The notes under the pieces are model-generated. The model ran no database searches. It saw nothing but the letters and a program-made list of their open reading frames with translations, and was not told the DNA's origin. Below are positions 20,140 to 29,491 of a stretch of DNA of 63,955 nucleotides, in pieces. The DNA is from a virus (Duplodnaviria > Caudoviricetes). The stretch spans positions 1 through 63,955 of IMG/VR virus record IMGVR_UViG_3300048011_000824; one strand, given 5' to 3'. Made by a program: the position numbers and the translations under genes. The first letter of the stretch is position 1, and every line of letters begins with the position of its first letter.

Positions 20140-21120
20140 CGTACAGCAATGAAAACAACCGCCGAGTGTACGTGCATGTCTTAATGGCAACATAGCACAC
20201 TCAATACCAACTGCTTCCAATGCTTTGCGTGTTGGCTCTTGGTGTTCTTCTAATACAACAAGATTAGGATTAACACTAAACAAGTTGACATTCCATGTCC
20301 ATATACTGCTGTTGCACAATCCTGGGTAATGTCCTGCATCTACAGGATCGGGTGCCCAAACTATATCCCAGTCTTTGAATGGACCTGGCAAGTCGTCTTT
20401 GCTTTTGATTCTGCTTGGATTTGCAAGCAATAGTCCTTCACGTAAAAATGCAATAGTGCTGTCGATGTGCATATAACTGTAAACATCTTCTAACGTATGT
20501 ACTTTAAAGTTGCCCGGTTCACTAACACTGTTAGCAGGCTTGTTAATCCAATTTTGCAAATATGTTGAGCCAGCTTTGTTGCCACTGTTGCTGACCAAGT
20601 ACATAATATCGTCATTTGCACGAATAGCATTTGCAGCATCAAAGCAAGGCGCTGTTTCTGTGAGAGCAAGTTTGTCGGGATCGCCTACACAACTTTCGTC
20701 ATACAGTCCGCTGCGATCTGTACGATGTCCAACTTCAATAGGCGAAACTCCTGGTAGCAAATGCTTCCACTCATCTTCTCTTGCTTCTAATGCCATAGGC
20801 GCAGCAAGCGCACGTTTGCCGTGTACAAAAACAGTGTCTCTTGGACAGTAGTTGTAATACTTTACATCCTCTGTGCGTTGCGGTCTTACAACCTCAACAC
20901 CCTCGCCTTCTAAAAACTTTACAAATGTTTCGAGGTCTTCGTTGCTCTCATTAACCACTTGCTGCGGATACAATCCTGGCACAACATCGCTAACGTCTGC
21001 TCTGTCAGCATAGTTGATAACTCTTAGACTTTCGTCCATCTCGGGTATACGGCAGTAATCAGCAACGCCGACACAAACCTTCTTTAGTGGATCCCACTCA
21101 TTGGTGCTATAAATACTCAT
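20116..21120 (-). CDS. Amidinotransferase (glycine/inosamine-phosphate amidinotransferase family)
   Basis: Likely start is the ATG at 21120 (MSIYSTNEWDPL). Motifs CPRD, FDAAN, MHIDST and C-terminal RTLGGCFHCCTLDLVR provide the catalytic Asp/His/Cys. Confidence 0.9.
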   Translation of the reverse strand: MSIYSTNEWDPLKKVCVGVADYCRIPEMDESLRVINYADRADVSDVVPGLYPQQVVNESNEDLETFVKFLEGEGVEVVRPQRTEDVKYYNYCPRDTVFVHGKRALAAPMALEAREDEWKHLLPGVSPIEVGHRTDRSGLYDESCVGDPDKLALTETAPCFDAANAIRANDDIMYLVSNSGNKAGSTYLQNWINKPANSVSEPGNFKVHTLEDVYSYMHIDSTIAFLREGLLLANPSRIKSKDDLPGPFKDWDIVWAPDPVDAGHYPGLCNSSIWTWNVNLFSVNPNLVVLEEHQEPTRKALEAVGIECAMLPLRHARTLGGCFHCCTLDLVRNT

Positions 21121-21131
21121 ATAGATATTTA
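21108..21131. promoter_or_regulatory. Back-to-back late-type promoters
   Basis: TATAAATA on + (21108-21115) lies inside the amidinotransferase start region. TAAATA on - (21131-21126) lies 5 nt before the ATG at 21120. Confidence 0.5.
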
Positions 21132-21140
21132 AGGAATTTG

Positions 21141-21971
21141 ATGAGCAGATTATTTGTTTTTGGTTGTAGTTTTTCGCAGTACATGTGGCCAACATGGGCA
21201 AATATAGTTGCTTATGATTTGCAAATGCCGTTGTATAACTTTGCTTTTGCAGGATTAGGTAATGTGGGCATTATGCATCGTGTAATGGAAGCCGATATGA
21301 AGTTTGGATTTACACCCGAAGATAAGATAATGATTATGTGGACCAGTTGGTCTCGAGACGATTATGTACAAGCACATGGTATGTGGAAATCTGCAGGTAG
21401 TAGATTCAACGATGCGCTTACTCCAAAAACAATAACAGAATTAAAAAACCGCTGGTCTCCAATGGACGATATTGTAAAAAATGCAACAGCTATATCTTAT
21501 GTGAGTCGTTTATACAAAGACAACATACTCTGGCAAGGGCATGGATTTGATCCATGGGTTGACGAAGGAGTAGACGAAATTGTACAAGACTTATTTTTAA
21601 ACGAAGAACAGCAAATGAAACACCTTCATTTAAGTAGATTTTATAAAAGTAAAATTACTGCATTGCCTGTGAGAAATCTCGAAAGCGGAAATCTTGCATT
21701 TGATTATGTTGAAGATAGTCATCCTGATGTTGCAGAACACATTGATGTGGTACAAAATTATATATATCCTTGTCTAGGCTATGTTATACGTGACGACACA
21801 GTTGGTATATTTACATCCTTGCATAAAACTATTAAAAAGACGCTGATAAAAAAGAAATTCAAAGAACTACATCAAGTTGTACATGTTCCAGATGGTATTA
21901 TTGCACAAAAATATCCTGAGATACATGCTTACTTGGATGTTAGAGCTTTGTGCGATGATATATCAGGATAG
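21141..21971 (+). CDS. SGNH-like hydrolase or acyltransferase
   Basis: Likely start is the ATG at 21141 after AAGGA. Motifs RLFVFGCSFS...WPTW, NFAFAGLGN, WTSWSR and EDSHP. Confidence 0.65.
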   Translation: MSRLFVFGCSFSQYMWPTWANIVAYDLQMPLYNFAFAGLGNVGIMHRVMEADMKFGFTPEDKIMIMWTSWSRDDYVQAHGMWKSAGSRFNDALTPKTITELKNRWSPMDDIVKNATAISYVSRLYKDNILWQGHGFDPWVDEGVDEIVQDLFLNEEQQMKHLHLSRFYKSKITALPVRNLESGNLAFDYVEDSHPDVAEHIDVVQNYIYPCLGYVIRDDTVGIFTSLHKTIKKTLIKKKFKELHQVVHVPDGIIAQKYPEIHAYLDVRALCDDISG

Positions 21972-22519
21972 TCTTTCCAGTTCCATATCTTTGGTGCAGT
22001 GTCTTTAGCAGCTTGTAATTTATCTAATCCAACCTGTGCTGTTTCTGGAGTCATGTAGTAGTGATATCCAATACTATCAATGTCTTGTTCCATCCAGCTG
22101 CACTCTCTGTGCCTACCGTCATAGCCTAGCTTGATGAGATTGTCTCTATCATCTTTGTTTTCGCACAGTATCATACCTCCCCTGCCCAGGCTAAGGTGCT
22201 TTCTATATTGAAAACTCAGACACATGTATGTTCCTGGAATATAACTGTTGGCTCTCCACATGGTAGCTGCATCAATCACATTATCACTTACATGATAATA
22301 CTCCGTCCACTGGTTGTCTTGAAATGACCAGTCTATGTTTAATCTTTGTAACACCATAGGAATACTAAGATATGTGTGTTTAGGAGAAACTGCTGTAGTT
22401 ACGTTTTTATAACGCAAGCACATTTCAACAGCGTGTGTGCAGCAATCTGTGCTTACTGCATATGGTGCACCAAAATATTCTGCAACCGCTTTTTCAAATT
22501 GATCTACTATCTCGAACAT
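21929..22519 (-). CDS. DegT/DnrJ/EryC1/StrS-family PLP aminotransferase, short form
   Basis: Likely start is the ATG at 22519 (MFEIVDQFEK..AEY.GAPYAV). It has DAA, the Schiff-base lysine in SFQYRKHL..GRGGMI, and GYHYYM. Only ~196 aa. Confidence 0.8.
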   Translation of the reverse strand: MFEIVDQFEKAVAEYFGAPYAVSTDCCTHAVEMCLRYKNVTTAVSPKHTYLSIPMVLQRLNIDWSFQDNQWTEYYHVSDNVIDAATMWRANSYIPGTYMCLSFQYRKHLSLGRGGMILCENKDDRDNLIKLGYDGRHRECSWMEQDIDSIGYHYYMTPETAQVGLDKLQAAKDTAPKIWNWKDYPDISSHKALTSK

Positions 22520-22524
22520 AATTA

Positions 22525-22530
22525 TACTTA
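22525..22530 (-). promoter_or_regulatory. Late-type promoter variant TAAGTA
   Basis: Lies 5 nt before the ATG at 22519 in a 10-bp divergent gap. Confidence 0.4.
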
Positions 22531-23612
22531 TGCACGATAATAATTTCAATGGCAACTTTTTAAAAAGATGGACTGACAATAACTTTTATTACTTTATATG
22601 GGGCGAAACTTCACCTCCTGATATCTACAATGACATGAAGTTGCCTACTCCTCCCAAAGGCTTTTACATTATTGGCCCGGAGGAATGGGAACCAGTTGAG
22701 ATATTTCCCAATGGGTGGGAATATGTAGCATTTAAATGTTATGCAGAAAAACACAATATTGACTTTAAGGCTATCACAGGCGCAGTCAATGATAAAAAAT
22801 ACAATTACAGATACAAATATGCAGGCGACAAAAACTTTCTAAGTTATCCTACATACTTTGCAAATGTAGTTGTTAACCATGCAATGGACACACAGCGAAA
22901 GCCACTTGGACACACAAAAATAAAAAAACTATTTACAAGTATGAATGGAAGAGCACATCCGTGGAGATGCGAATTTATTGATCACATGTACAAATACAAT
23001 TTGTTTGATCACGGGTATATCAGTTGGCACGAACTTGATAAAGTAGATGATTATGTTTATGAATTCAAATGGTGGACACCTACTACCATGAGCTTTGATG
23101 CTCAGTGGAACGGCGATGACGGAATGTGTGACATTTATAAACCACCAAAGGAATTTCAAAACAGTTTGTTTAGTTTGATAAGTGAGTCAAATACAGAGTG
23201 TTTGTTTTATACAGAAAAAACATTTTTGCCCATACTAAACAAACGTCCGTTTTTTATTTACGGCGCACCTCATGCAAACACATATATAAAAAACTATGGA
23301 TTTGAAATATTCGATGATATAATTGATTATAGTTTTGACAGCATTGATGATGATACACTTCGTTGCGAAGGATACTTTGAGCAAGTGAAAAAACTTACTG
23401 AAATACCTCTTGACATATTGTATAAAAAAGTATATAATAAATGTGAACACAACTACTATCGAATGTTGGATATTGTAGAAAACAAAGAGTATATGCCAAA
23501 GCTGTTTGAAAAGCTCGCAAAGAAACACAACGGACACCGGTACTTAGCCAATTACAACAGATTATTAAACATTGGCAAGACAGAGTCTTACAAAGAATGG
23601 AAACACAAATGA
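22530..23612 (+). CDS. Putative glycosyltransferase (GT10-like TEKT family)
   Basis: MNGRAHPWR and FSLISES...FYTEKT..PI...RPF...G...YGFEIFDDIIDYSFD. Confidence 0.5.
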   Translation: MHDNNFNGNFLKRWTDNNFYYFIWGETSPPDIYNDMKLPTPPKGFYIIGPEEWEPVEIFPNGWEYVAFKCYAEKHNIDFKAITGAVNDKKYNYRYKYAGDKNFLSYPTYFANVVVNHAMDTQRKPLGHTKIKKLFTSMNGRAHPWRCEFIDHMYKYNLFDHGYISWHELDKVDDYVYEFKWWTPTTMSFDAQWNGDDGMCDIYKPPKEFQNSLFSLISESNTECLFYTEKTFLPILNKRPFFIYGAPHANTYIKNYGFEIFDDIIDYSFDSIDDDTLRCEGYFEQVKKLTEIPLDILYKKVYNKCEHNYYRMLDIVENKEYMPKLFEKLAKKHNGHRYLANYNRLLNIGKTESYKEWKHK

Positions 23613-24520
23613 AAATACTAATTACAGGCAGTACTGGATTTATCGGTCAGCATTTGTTGCCAAGATTACGTGCAATCGGTGATGTACACGAATTAAAAAG
23701 TGATCTAAAACAGCATTATGCTGTAAAAGAAGAAGTTGCACATGTCAATCCTGATATCATTGTACACCTTGCAGCTCGCACAGAAGTACAGCAAAGTTTT
23801 TATGAGCAAGTTGAATTCAGTGAAGTTAATTATGTAGGCACAGTGAATTTAATTGAGTCTTGCAGACAACTAAAGACTCTTCCGTATTTTGTATTTGCAA
23901 GTACAATGGAAGTGTACGGCTGGCAACCCATCAGCGACGAAGTTGAGCAAACAGGCACATACAAAACCAGTGTTGCATTTAATGAGCACACACAGCCTAA
24001 TCCAAATGCTCCTTATGCTGTTGCCAAATACGGCTGCGAAAAATACTTGGAATATGCTGGCAGAGCATACGGACTCCCGTGGGCAAGTTTTAGACAAACC
24101 AACAGCTATGGTCGCAAAGACAACGACTTCTTTGTTACAGAGCAAATTATTTCACAGATGCTTGCAGGAGATACTTGTAACCTGGGATATGCAGAGCCTT
24201 ATAGAAACTTTATTTACATCAGCGATTTGTTGGATGCGTGGATGTCAGTTATTGAAAACAAAGATGCATGCAAAGGAAACTTCTACACGATTGGCCCAGA
24301 CGATCCACGTAAAATTAGACATTGTGCAGAATATATTCAACAGCAGCTTGGATGGAACGGTACTATTAACTGGGATACAAAAGATCCTCGACATGGAGAA
24401 ATTTGGTGGTTAAACAGCGATCACAACTTGCTTACCAGCAAAACAGGATGGCAGCCTAAAATTTCTTATGAAGAAGGCATTGATAGGACTATTAGCCATT
24501 GGAAACAAAAACTCAAGTAG
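23609..24520 (+). CDS. NAD-dependent NDP-sugar epimerase/dehydratase (extended SDR; GDP-mannose/dTDP-glucose 4,6-dehydratase-like)
   Basis: MKILITGSTGFIG, HLAA, NYVGT.NL.E, ASTMEVYG, PYAVAK (YxxxK) and RNFIYISD. Confidence 0.9.
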   Translation: MKILITGSTGFIGQHLLPRLRAIGDVHELKSDLKQHYAVKEEVAHVNPDIIVHLAARTEVQQSFYEQVEFSEVNYVGTVNLIESCRQLKTLPYFVFASTMEVYGWQPISDEVEQTGTYKTSVAFNEHTQPNPNAPYAVAKYGCEKYLEYAGRAYGLPWASFRQTNSYGRKDNDFFVTEQIISQMLAGDTCNLGYAEPYRNFIYISDLLDAWMSVIENKDACKGNFYTIGPDDPRKIRHCAEYIQQQLGWNGTINWDTKDPRHGEIWWLNSDHNLLTSKTGWQPKISYEEGIDRTISHWKQKLK

Positions 24521-25587
24521 TATACACAAACTGGGACCCATGCAATGATATTGAAATGCTTGGGTTACAACGAATGTCTTTTAAAGATTGGACTAAAAAT
24601 CCTTCTGGTGTGTTTTTGTATGCTATAGATTATAGATACAATTTTGACTCTGCTGGATTAAACTTTGCTAAACTTTACGACAATGTTCATATATTGCTGG
24701 ATGACACATTAGAAGGATTTAGCTATAGAACTTTTAAAAAAGTCTATGAATTGGTAAAGGATTACAATCTTGAAAATCGTGTAACATATGCAACCGGTCA
24801 TTTAGATGCTGAAAAAGAATACACTCTTTGGTTAAGAGATCAAAAAAAGATATTTGATGTATATCCATTAAACAGTTGGTTTTGGAGACACCGAGACTGG
24901 GCAGTGGATTGCGGCAATGATGTTAGTGTTGATAAAGATATGTGGTACTGCTGTTTGCAAAATAGACCAAGACAACATAGGTCAGCAACTACTATATATC
25001 TGCATTACTTAGATTTATTAAAACATGGATTGGTTTCTGCAAATATTTTTAACTTGTATAATGTATTTAATCCTGAAAATTTTAACAAATCGGTTTTATT
25101 AAAAAAACAAATTCCAAAAGTTGATAAAATTTTACCGTTGTGTCTTGATGTATATGGCGATATAGACAAGTGTTATCCAAACGATTTAAATCCTGATATA
25201 TACGGCAGGACATTAATAAATCTTGTAAGTGAAACATTTTATACTGAAAATGACAATAATCGTGTTAGTGAAATGTTTATTACAGAAAAGACATATAAAT
25301 CGTTTACTTGTTATCAAATGCCTGTTATAATAGGGCCAAAGGGCGTTGTAAAACGTCTCAGAGAATACGGATTTGATATGTTTGATGACATAATTGATCA
25401 CAGTTACGATGACTTGGATGATGCTGAACGATTGTTTGGCGCTGTTGATGTATTAAGACAAATAATTGAAAACAAAAATTTAACAAAGCTAAATGCAGCA
25501 ACAAAGAAAAGAAGAATTGATAACAAAAAACTTTATTTAAACGGGTTGAATATAGACAAGAAAGTAACCGACTACCTATGTACGTAG
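24499..25587 (+). CDS. Putative glycosyltransferase (GT10-like TEKT family)
   Basis: LQNRPRQHR and INLVSET...FITEKTYK......P...G......LREYGFDMFDDIIDHSYD. Confidence 0.5.
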   Translation: METKTQVVYTNWDPCNDIEMLGLQRMSFKDWTKNPSGVFLYAIDYRYNFDSAGLNFAKLYDNVHILLDDTLEGFSYRTFKKVYELVKDYNLENRVTYATGHLDAEKEYTLWLRDQKKIFDVYPLNSWFWRHRDWAVDCGNDVSVDKDMWYCCLQNRPRQHRSATTIYLHYLDLLKHGLVSANIFNLYNVFNPENFNKSVLLKKQIPKVDKILPLCLDVYGDIDKCYPNDLNPDIYGRTLINLVSETFYTENDNNRVSEMFITEKTYKSFTCYQMPVIIGPKGVVKRLREYGFDMFDDIIDHSYDDLDDAERLFGAVDVLRQIIENKNLTKLNAATKKRRIDNKKLYLNGLNIDKKVTDYLCT

Positions 25588-26177
25588 ATTTAAAAGATGT
25601 AGCGTTTTGGATGGATGCTGTACGCAACAGTGAAAATCATTACAGTGTATTAGAAAGTTTTTGGAAAGGACAACTGCAAAGCAAAGAATGGCTAATTGAC
25701 AATTTAAAAACGTGTGTGGGCACAAATCCTGATATTGTTATTCACGGCGGGTGGAATGGTGTGCTTGCTAGTATGCTTTTTAATAGTGTAATCAGACCAG
25801 GACAAATACGCAGTGTTGACATTGATGAAAATTGCGAAGACACTGCTAATATGATTTGCAAGCGTCAGGAAATAGATGGAAACTTTCGTGCAGAAACTTC
25901 AGACATGTGCACATACGAATACGAATTTAATCCTGATATAGTTATCAACACCAGCACAGAACACATTTCGCAAGAACAATACAATACGTGGTTAAGCCGT
26001 GTACCAGATAGTTTAGTTGTATTGCAAAGCAACAACTATTATGATTTACCAGAACACATACGATGCTTTGACACAGTAGAAGATTTTGCAGCACACAGCG
26101 GATTGTCATATATAATTAAGCAAGAGACATTAGAATTGCCTTTGTACAATAGATTCTTGCTAATAGGACGTAAATGA
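25578..26177 (+). CDS. Class I SAM-dependent methyltransferase-like protein
   Basis: GQLQSK.WL, HGGWNGVLA (motif I), SVDIDENC (motif II), INTSTEH and LQSNNY. Paralog of 44056-44997. Confidence 0.6.
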   Translation: MYVDLKDVAFWMDAVRNSENHYSVLESFWKGQLQSKEWLIDNLKTCVGTNPDIVIHGGWNGVLASMLFNSVIRPGQIRSVDIDENCEDTANMICKRQEIDGNFRAETSDMCTYEYEFNPDIVINTSTEHISQEQYNTWLSRVPDSLVVLQSNNYYDLPEHIRCFDTVEDFAAHSGLSYIIKQETLELPLYNRFLLIGRK

Positions 26178-27553
26178 CAGATTTTATAAAACTATTCAAC
26201 GATCAGCTGGCAGACAAAGCTACTCCTACATTTTGTGCATTGCCTTGGATACACCTGGCAACACGTCCCAATGGCGACATGCGACTGTGTTGCAGTGCTA
26301 ATGCCAGTGGCGCAGGCACAGATCACACAGTTGGTATTGTAAAAACAGATGCAGGACAACACCTAAACTTTGCAAAAAGTTCTCCTATGGAAGCATGGAA
26401 CAGTGAGTACATGCGCAGCGTAAGACGCACCATGATGGATGGAAAAATACCTGCCAGTTGCACAAAGTGTTTTGAAGAAGAGTCAAAAGGTGTTGTGAGC
26501 AAACGTGTATGGGAAACCGGCACATGGATGGAACGTGGGCTCGAAGTAGAAGAGTTGCTTAACAATACTAAACCAGACGGCAGGTACAAAAACGAATTGC
26601 AGTACTTGGACTTGCGCCTTGGACACACTTGCAATATCAAATGTGTAATGTGCTCGCCGCATGACAGCAGCAAATGGGTAAAAGATTGGAAAGTTCTTGA
26701 GCCACAATTGGAAGACCCTGAAGTCAAGCGTCAAATGCAATGGGACAAATCAGAGTTCAACAACAAGTGGCACGAAGAAGAAATCTTCTGGCACGACCTG
26801 TACAAACAAATACCCAACTTGCGCGAAGTATATTTTGCAGGCGGCGAGCCTCTAATGATCAAAGAGCACAAAAAGTTTATAGAAGAAATCATCCGTCAAG
26901 GATACAACACACGCATACGTTTGCGCTACAACACAAACGGCATACTTGTTGATCAAGAACTCATCGAGCTGTGGAAACATTTTGAACTTGTAAAAGTTGG
27001 TGTTAGTATGGACGGCTTTGGTGACCGTAATGCTTACATAAGATATCCTACAGATTGGGAAACAGTAGAACGCAATTTGCACATGCTGGATAATACTCCT
27101 GACAATATCCGTCCTAGCATTGCTACTGCTATACAAATTTTTAACATCAAACATTTGCCAGACTTTGCACACTGGAAAATCAGCAGTAATTTTAGAAAAG
27201 TAAACACAGAACTAATCAAAAACATAACAGCAGGCGGCGGCATTTTCAACATGCACTTGTTGTATATTCCTACGTTTATGAGTATACAAATATTGCCCAA
27301 AGAAGACAAACAAGAAATTAGAGAATTGTTTGGAAGATTCAAAGGGTATCTGTACGACCACTACACACAAGACGACAACTTTTGGAAACACAATCCTTAT
27401 GGATGGAGACGCTGGGAAGCTATATTAAATCACATGGATGCAGAAGACAAAAGTAGTTTGCTGCCAGGCTTCAAAGAATATGTAACAAAGTTGGATGCTA
27501 TTAGAGGAGTAAGTGCCAAGGATGTATTTCCTGAGCTAGCACATTTATTATGA
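26174..27553 (+). CDS. Radical SAM protein, family A
   Basis: FCALPW...RLCC...CTKC, then CNIKCVMC and FAGGEP. Closest paralog is 46292-47704. Confidence 0.9.
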   Translation: MTDFIKLFNDQLADKATPTFCALPWIHLATRPNGDMRLCCSANASGAGTDHTVGIVKTDAGQHLNFAKSSPMEAWNSEYMRSVRRTMMDGKIPASCTKCFEEESKGVVSKRVWETGTWMERGLEVEELLNNTKPDGRYKNELQYLDLRLGHTCNIKCVMCSPHDSSKWVKDWKVLEPQLEDPEVKRQMQWDKSEFNNKWHEEEIFWHDLYKQIPNLREVYFAGGEPLMIKEHKKFIEEIIRQGYNTRIRLRYNTNGILVDQELIELWKHFELVKVGVSMDGFGDRNAYIRYPTDWETVERNLHMLDNTPDNIRPSIATAIQIFNIKHLPDFAHWKISSNFRKVNTELIKNITAGGGIFNMHLLYIPTFMSIQILPKEDKQEIRELFGRFKGYLYDHYTQDDNFWKHNPYGWRRWEAILNHMDAEDKSSLLPGFKEYVTKLDAIRGVSAKDVFPELAHLL

Positions 27554-28467
27554 TCAGCAGCATTAAAAATTTGTCCACAGAGTTAAGCATAGAGTTAGAA
27601 CTAGGAAACGTTTGTAACTTTAAATGCAGCTATTGTTTTCCAGGAGCAAATACTGGAGATAAATTGTGGCCAAATGTTGATAGATTATCCACTGCACTAA
27701 TAAGATATTTACAAACTCACAACAGAAAAACACGACTGTACCTTGTAGGCGGAGAAACAACGCTGTGGAAAGACCTTCCTGAATTTTGCAAAACAATCAA
27801 ACAACAACACGATGTAATTATTACGATTAGTACAAATGCAAGCAAAAGTTTAAGATGGTGGGATCAATATGGAGATTGTTTTGATGCAGTGCATATTAGC
27901 TTGCATGTAGAAGAATCAAATGTTGACCATATTATAAAAGTTGCCGATTTGTTGTATGAAAAAGAAATTGAAACAAACGTTGATGTACTGATATCTCCTG
28001 ATAATTTTGATGAATGTGTTAAACTAGTAGAACTTGTGCACAACAGCAAAAACAAATTTCCAGTTATTGCCAAAACAGTGTTGATCAACGGCAAACACAA
28101 TTACACAGATACGCAGTTGGAATATATGAATGAGCCTATAAAACGTATTCCCAACATGCAATGGTATGATAAAGTTAGAAGAAAGCCCCGTACAACAGTG
28201 CTGCTCGACGACGATACAATAGTATACAATGACAATTATTTTGCTTTAAACAATTTGAATTACTTCAAAGATTGGATGTGCCATCTTGGTGTTGATATTG
28301 CTAGAATCGACCATGCCGGTAATGTAAAAGGAAACTGCGGACAAATGGTAAATCAAAACATTTATACAGATGATAGATTTAAAATTCAACCAGTTGTATG
28401 CGAACAAGAAATTTGCAATTGCAGTGGAGAAATGTGTGTTACCAAATGGAGAATAGATGGAGTTTGA
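27550..28467 (+). CDS. Radical SAM protein, family B
   Basis: CNFKCSYC, VGGETT and SLHVE; C-terminal WMC...NC...VCEQEICNC. Confidence 0.9.
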   Translation: MISSIKNLSTELSIELELGNVCNFKCSYCFPGANTGDKLWPNVDRLSTALIRYLQTHNRKTRLYLVGGETTLWKDLPEFCKTIKQQHDVIITISTNASKSLRWWDQYGDCFDAVHISLHVEESNVDHIIKVADLLYEKEIETNVDVLISPDNFDECVKLVELVHNSKNKFPVIAKTVLINGKHNYTDTQLEYMNEPIKRIPNMQWYDKVRRKPRTTVLLDDDTIVYNDNYFALNNLNYFKDWMCHLGVDIARIDHAGNVKGNCGQMVNQNIYTDDRFKIQPVVCEQEICNCSGEMCVTKWRIDGV

Positions 28468-29491
28468 TATACTATATCCAACTGAACCAGGTGCAATGCA
28501 AATTGCTTGGGAAAGTACATTAAAGTGCAATCTCGATTGTGCATATTGTGGCGACGGCCATGACAACACAACAGAACATCCTCCGTTGTCAGAATGTCTA
28601 AATACTGTAGATTTTATATTTGAGTATGTCCGTAGAAAAGGCGTCAAACAAGCAAATTTAAATATTCAAGGCGGCGAGAGTTTATTCCACCCTAATATTA
28701 TGAATATTTTAAAATATCTCAAAGACAAAAAATCAAACTTTGATTTTTATATGGGAATTGCATTTATAACAAATGCAGTAGTGGGTAAAAACCTATGGAA
28801 ACGCATATGCGAGTATGTGGATTTTTTTACTATTAGTTTTCATGCTGAAAGCACACCCAAGCAGCAACAAATGGTTAAGAATAATATTTTGCATTGTGCT
28901 GAACGTAACAAAAACTTTCACGTGGCAATTATGATGCATCCACGCCACTGGGACACATGTATACAAATGATCGAATGGTGTAAATCCAACAACATCGATT
29001 ACGTTGCAAGACAAATTGATCATCACTGGCTTGATATGCGATGGAACTACAATGCTGAACAAAGTGAATACTTGCTTGGCAGAAAGGTCACAACAAAAGA
29101 CAAAATAGCACATGCGTTTGTTAAAGGATTAAATCTAAGTGCAACAGGTAGAAGTTGTTGCAGCAAAAGAGAACTGTGCGCCAGCGGCTGCAAAACAGAC
29201 TACGTAAAAAACAATTTCAAAGGATGGCATTGCAGTGTTGCAGATTACTTTTTGTATATTAGACAAACAACTGGCGAAGTTTTCACCAACAAAGACTGCA
29301 AAATGAATTACAACAATGAAGTTGGGCCAATTGGTTATCTAAATGATACAGATGCTATATACAACTCTATGCACAGCAACGGAATTGTGTGTAAAAAAAG
29401 CAGTTGTTGGTGTGGACTGTGTGCACCCAAAGCCAAAGAGCTTGACAAATTTAATGCCATGATGGAAGATTTAAACAATCAAAGTCTGTAG
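28457..29491 (+). CDS. Radical SAM protein, family B (extra Cys-rich insert)
   Basis: CNLDCAYC, QGGES and SFHAE; RSCC...C...C insert; WHC...C...CKKSSCWCGLCAPKAK. Confidence 0.9.
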   Translation: MEFDILYPTEPGAMQIAWESTLKCNLDCAYCGDGHDNTTEHPPLSECLNTVDFIFEYVRRKGVKQANLNIQGGESLFHPNIMNILKYLKDKKSNFDFYMGIAFITNAVVGKNLWKRICEYVDFFTISFHAESTPKQQQMVKNNILHCAERNKNFHVAIMMHPRHWDTCIQMIEWCKSNNIDYVARQIDHHWLDMRWNYNAEQSEYLLGRKVTTKDKIAHAFVKGLNLSATGRSCCSKRELCASGCKTDYVKNNFKGWHCSVADYFLYIRQTTGEVFTNKDCKMNYNNEVGPIGYLNDTDAIYNSMHSNGIVCKKSSCWCGLCAPKAKELDKFNAMMEDLNNQSL

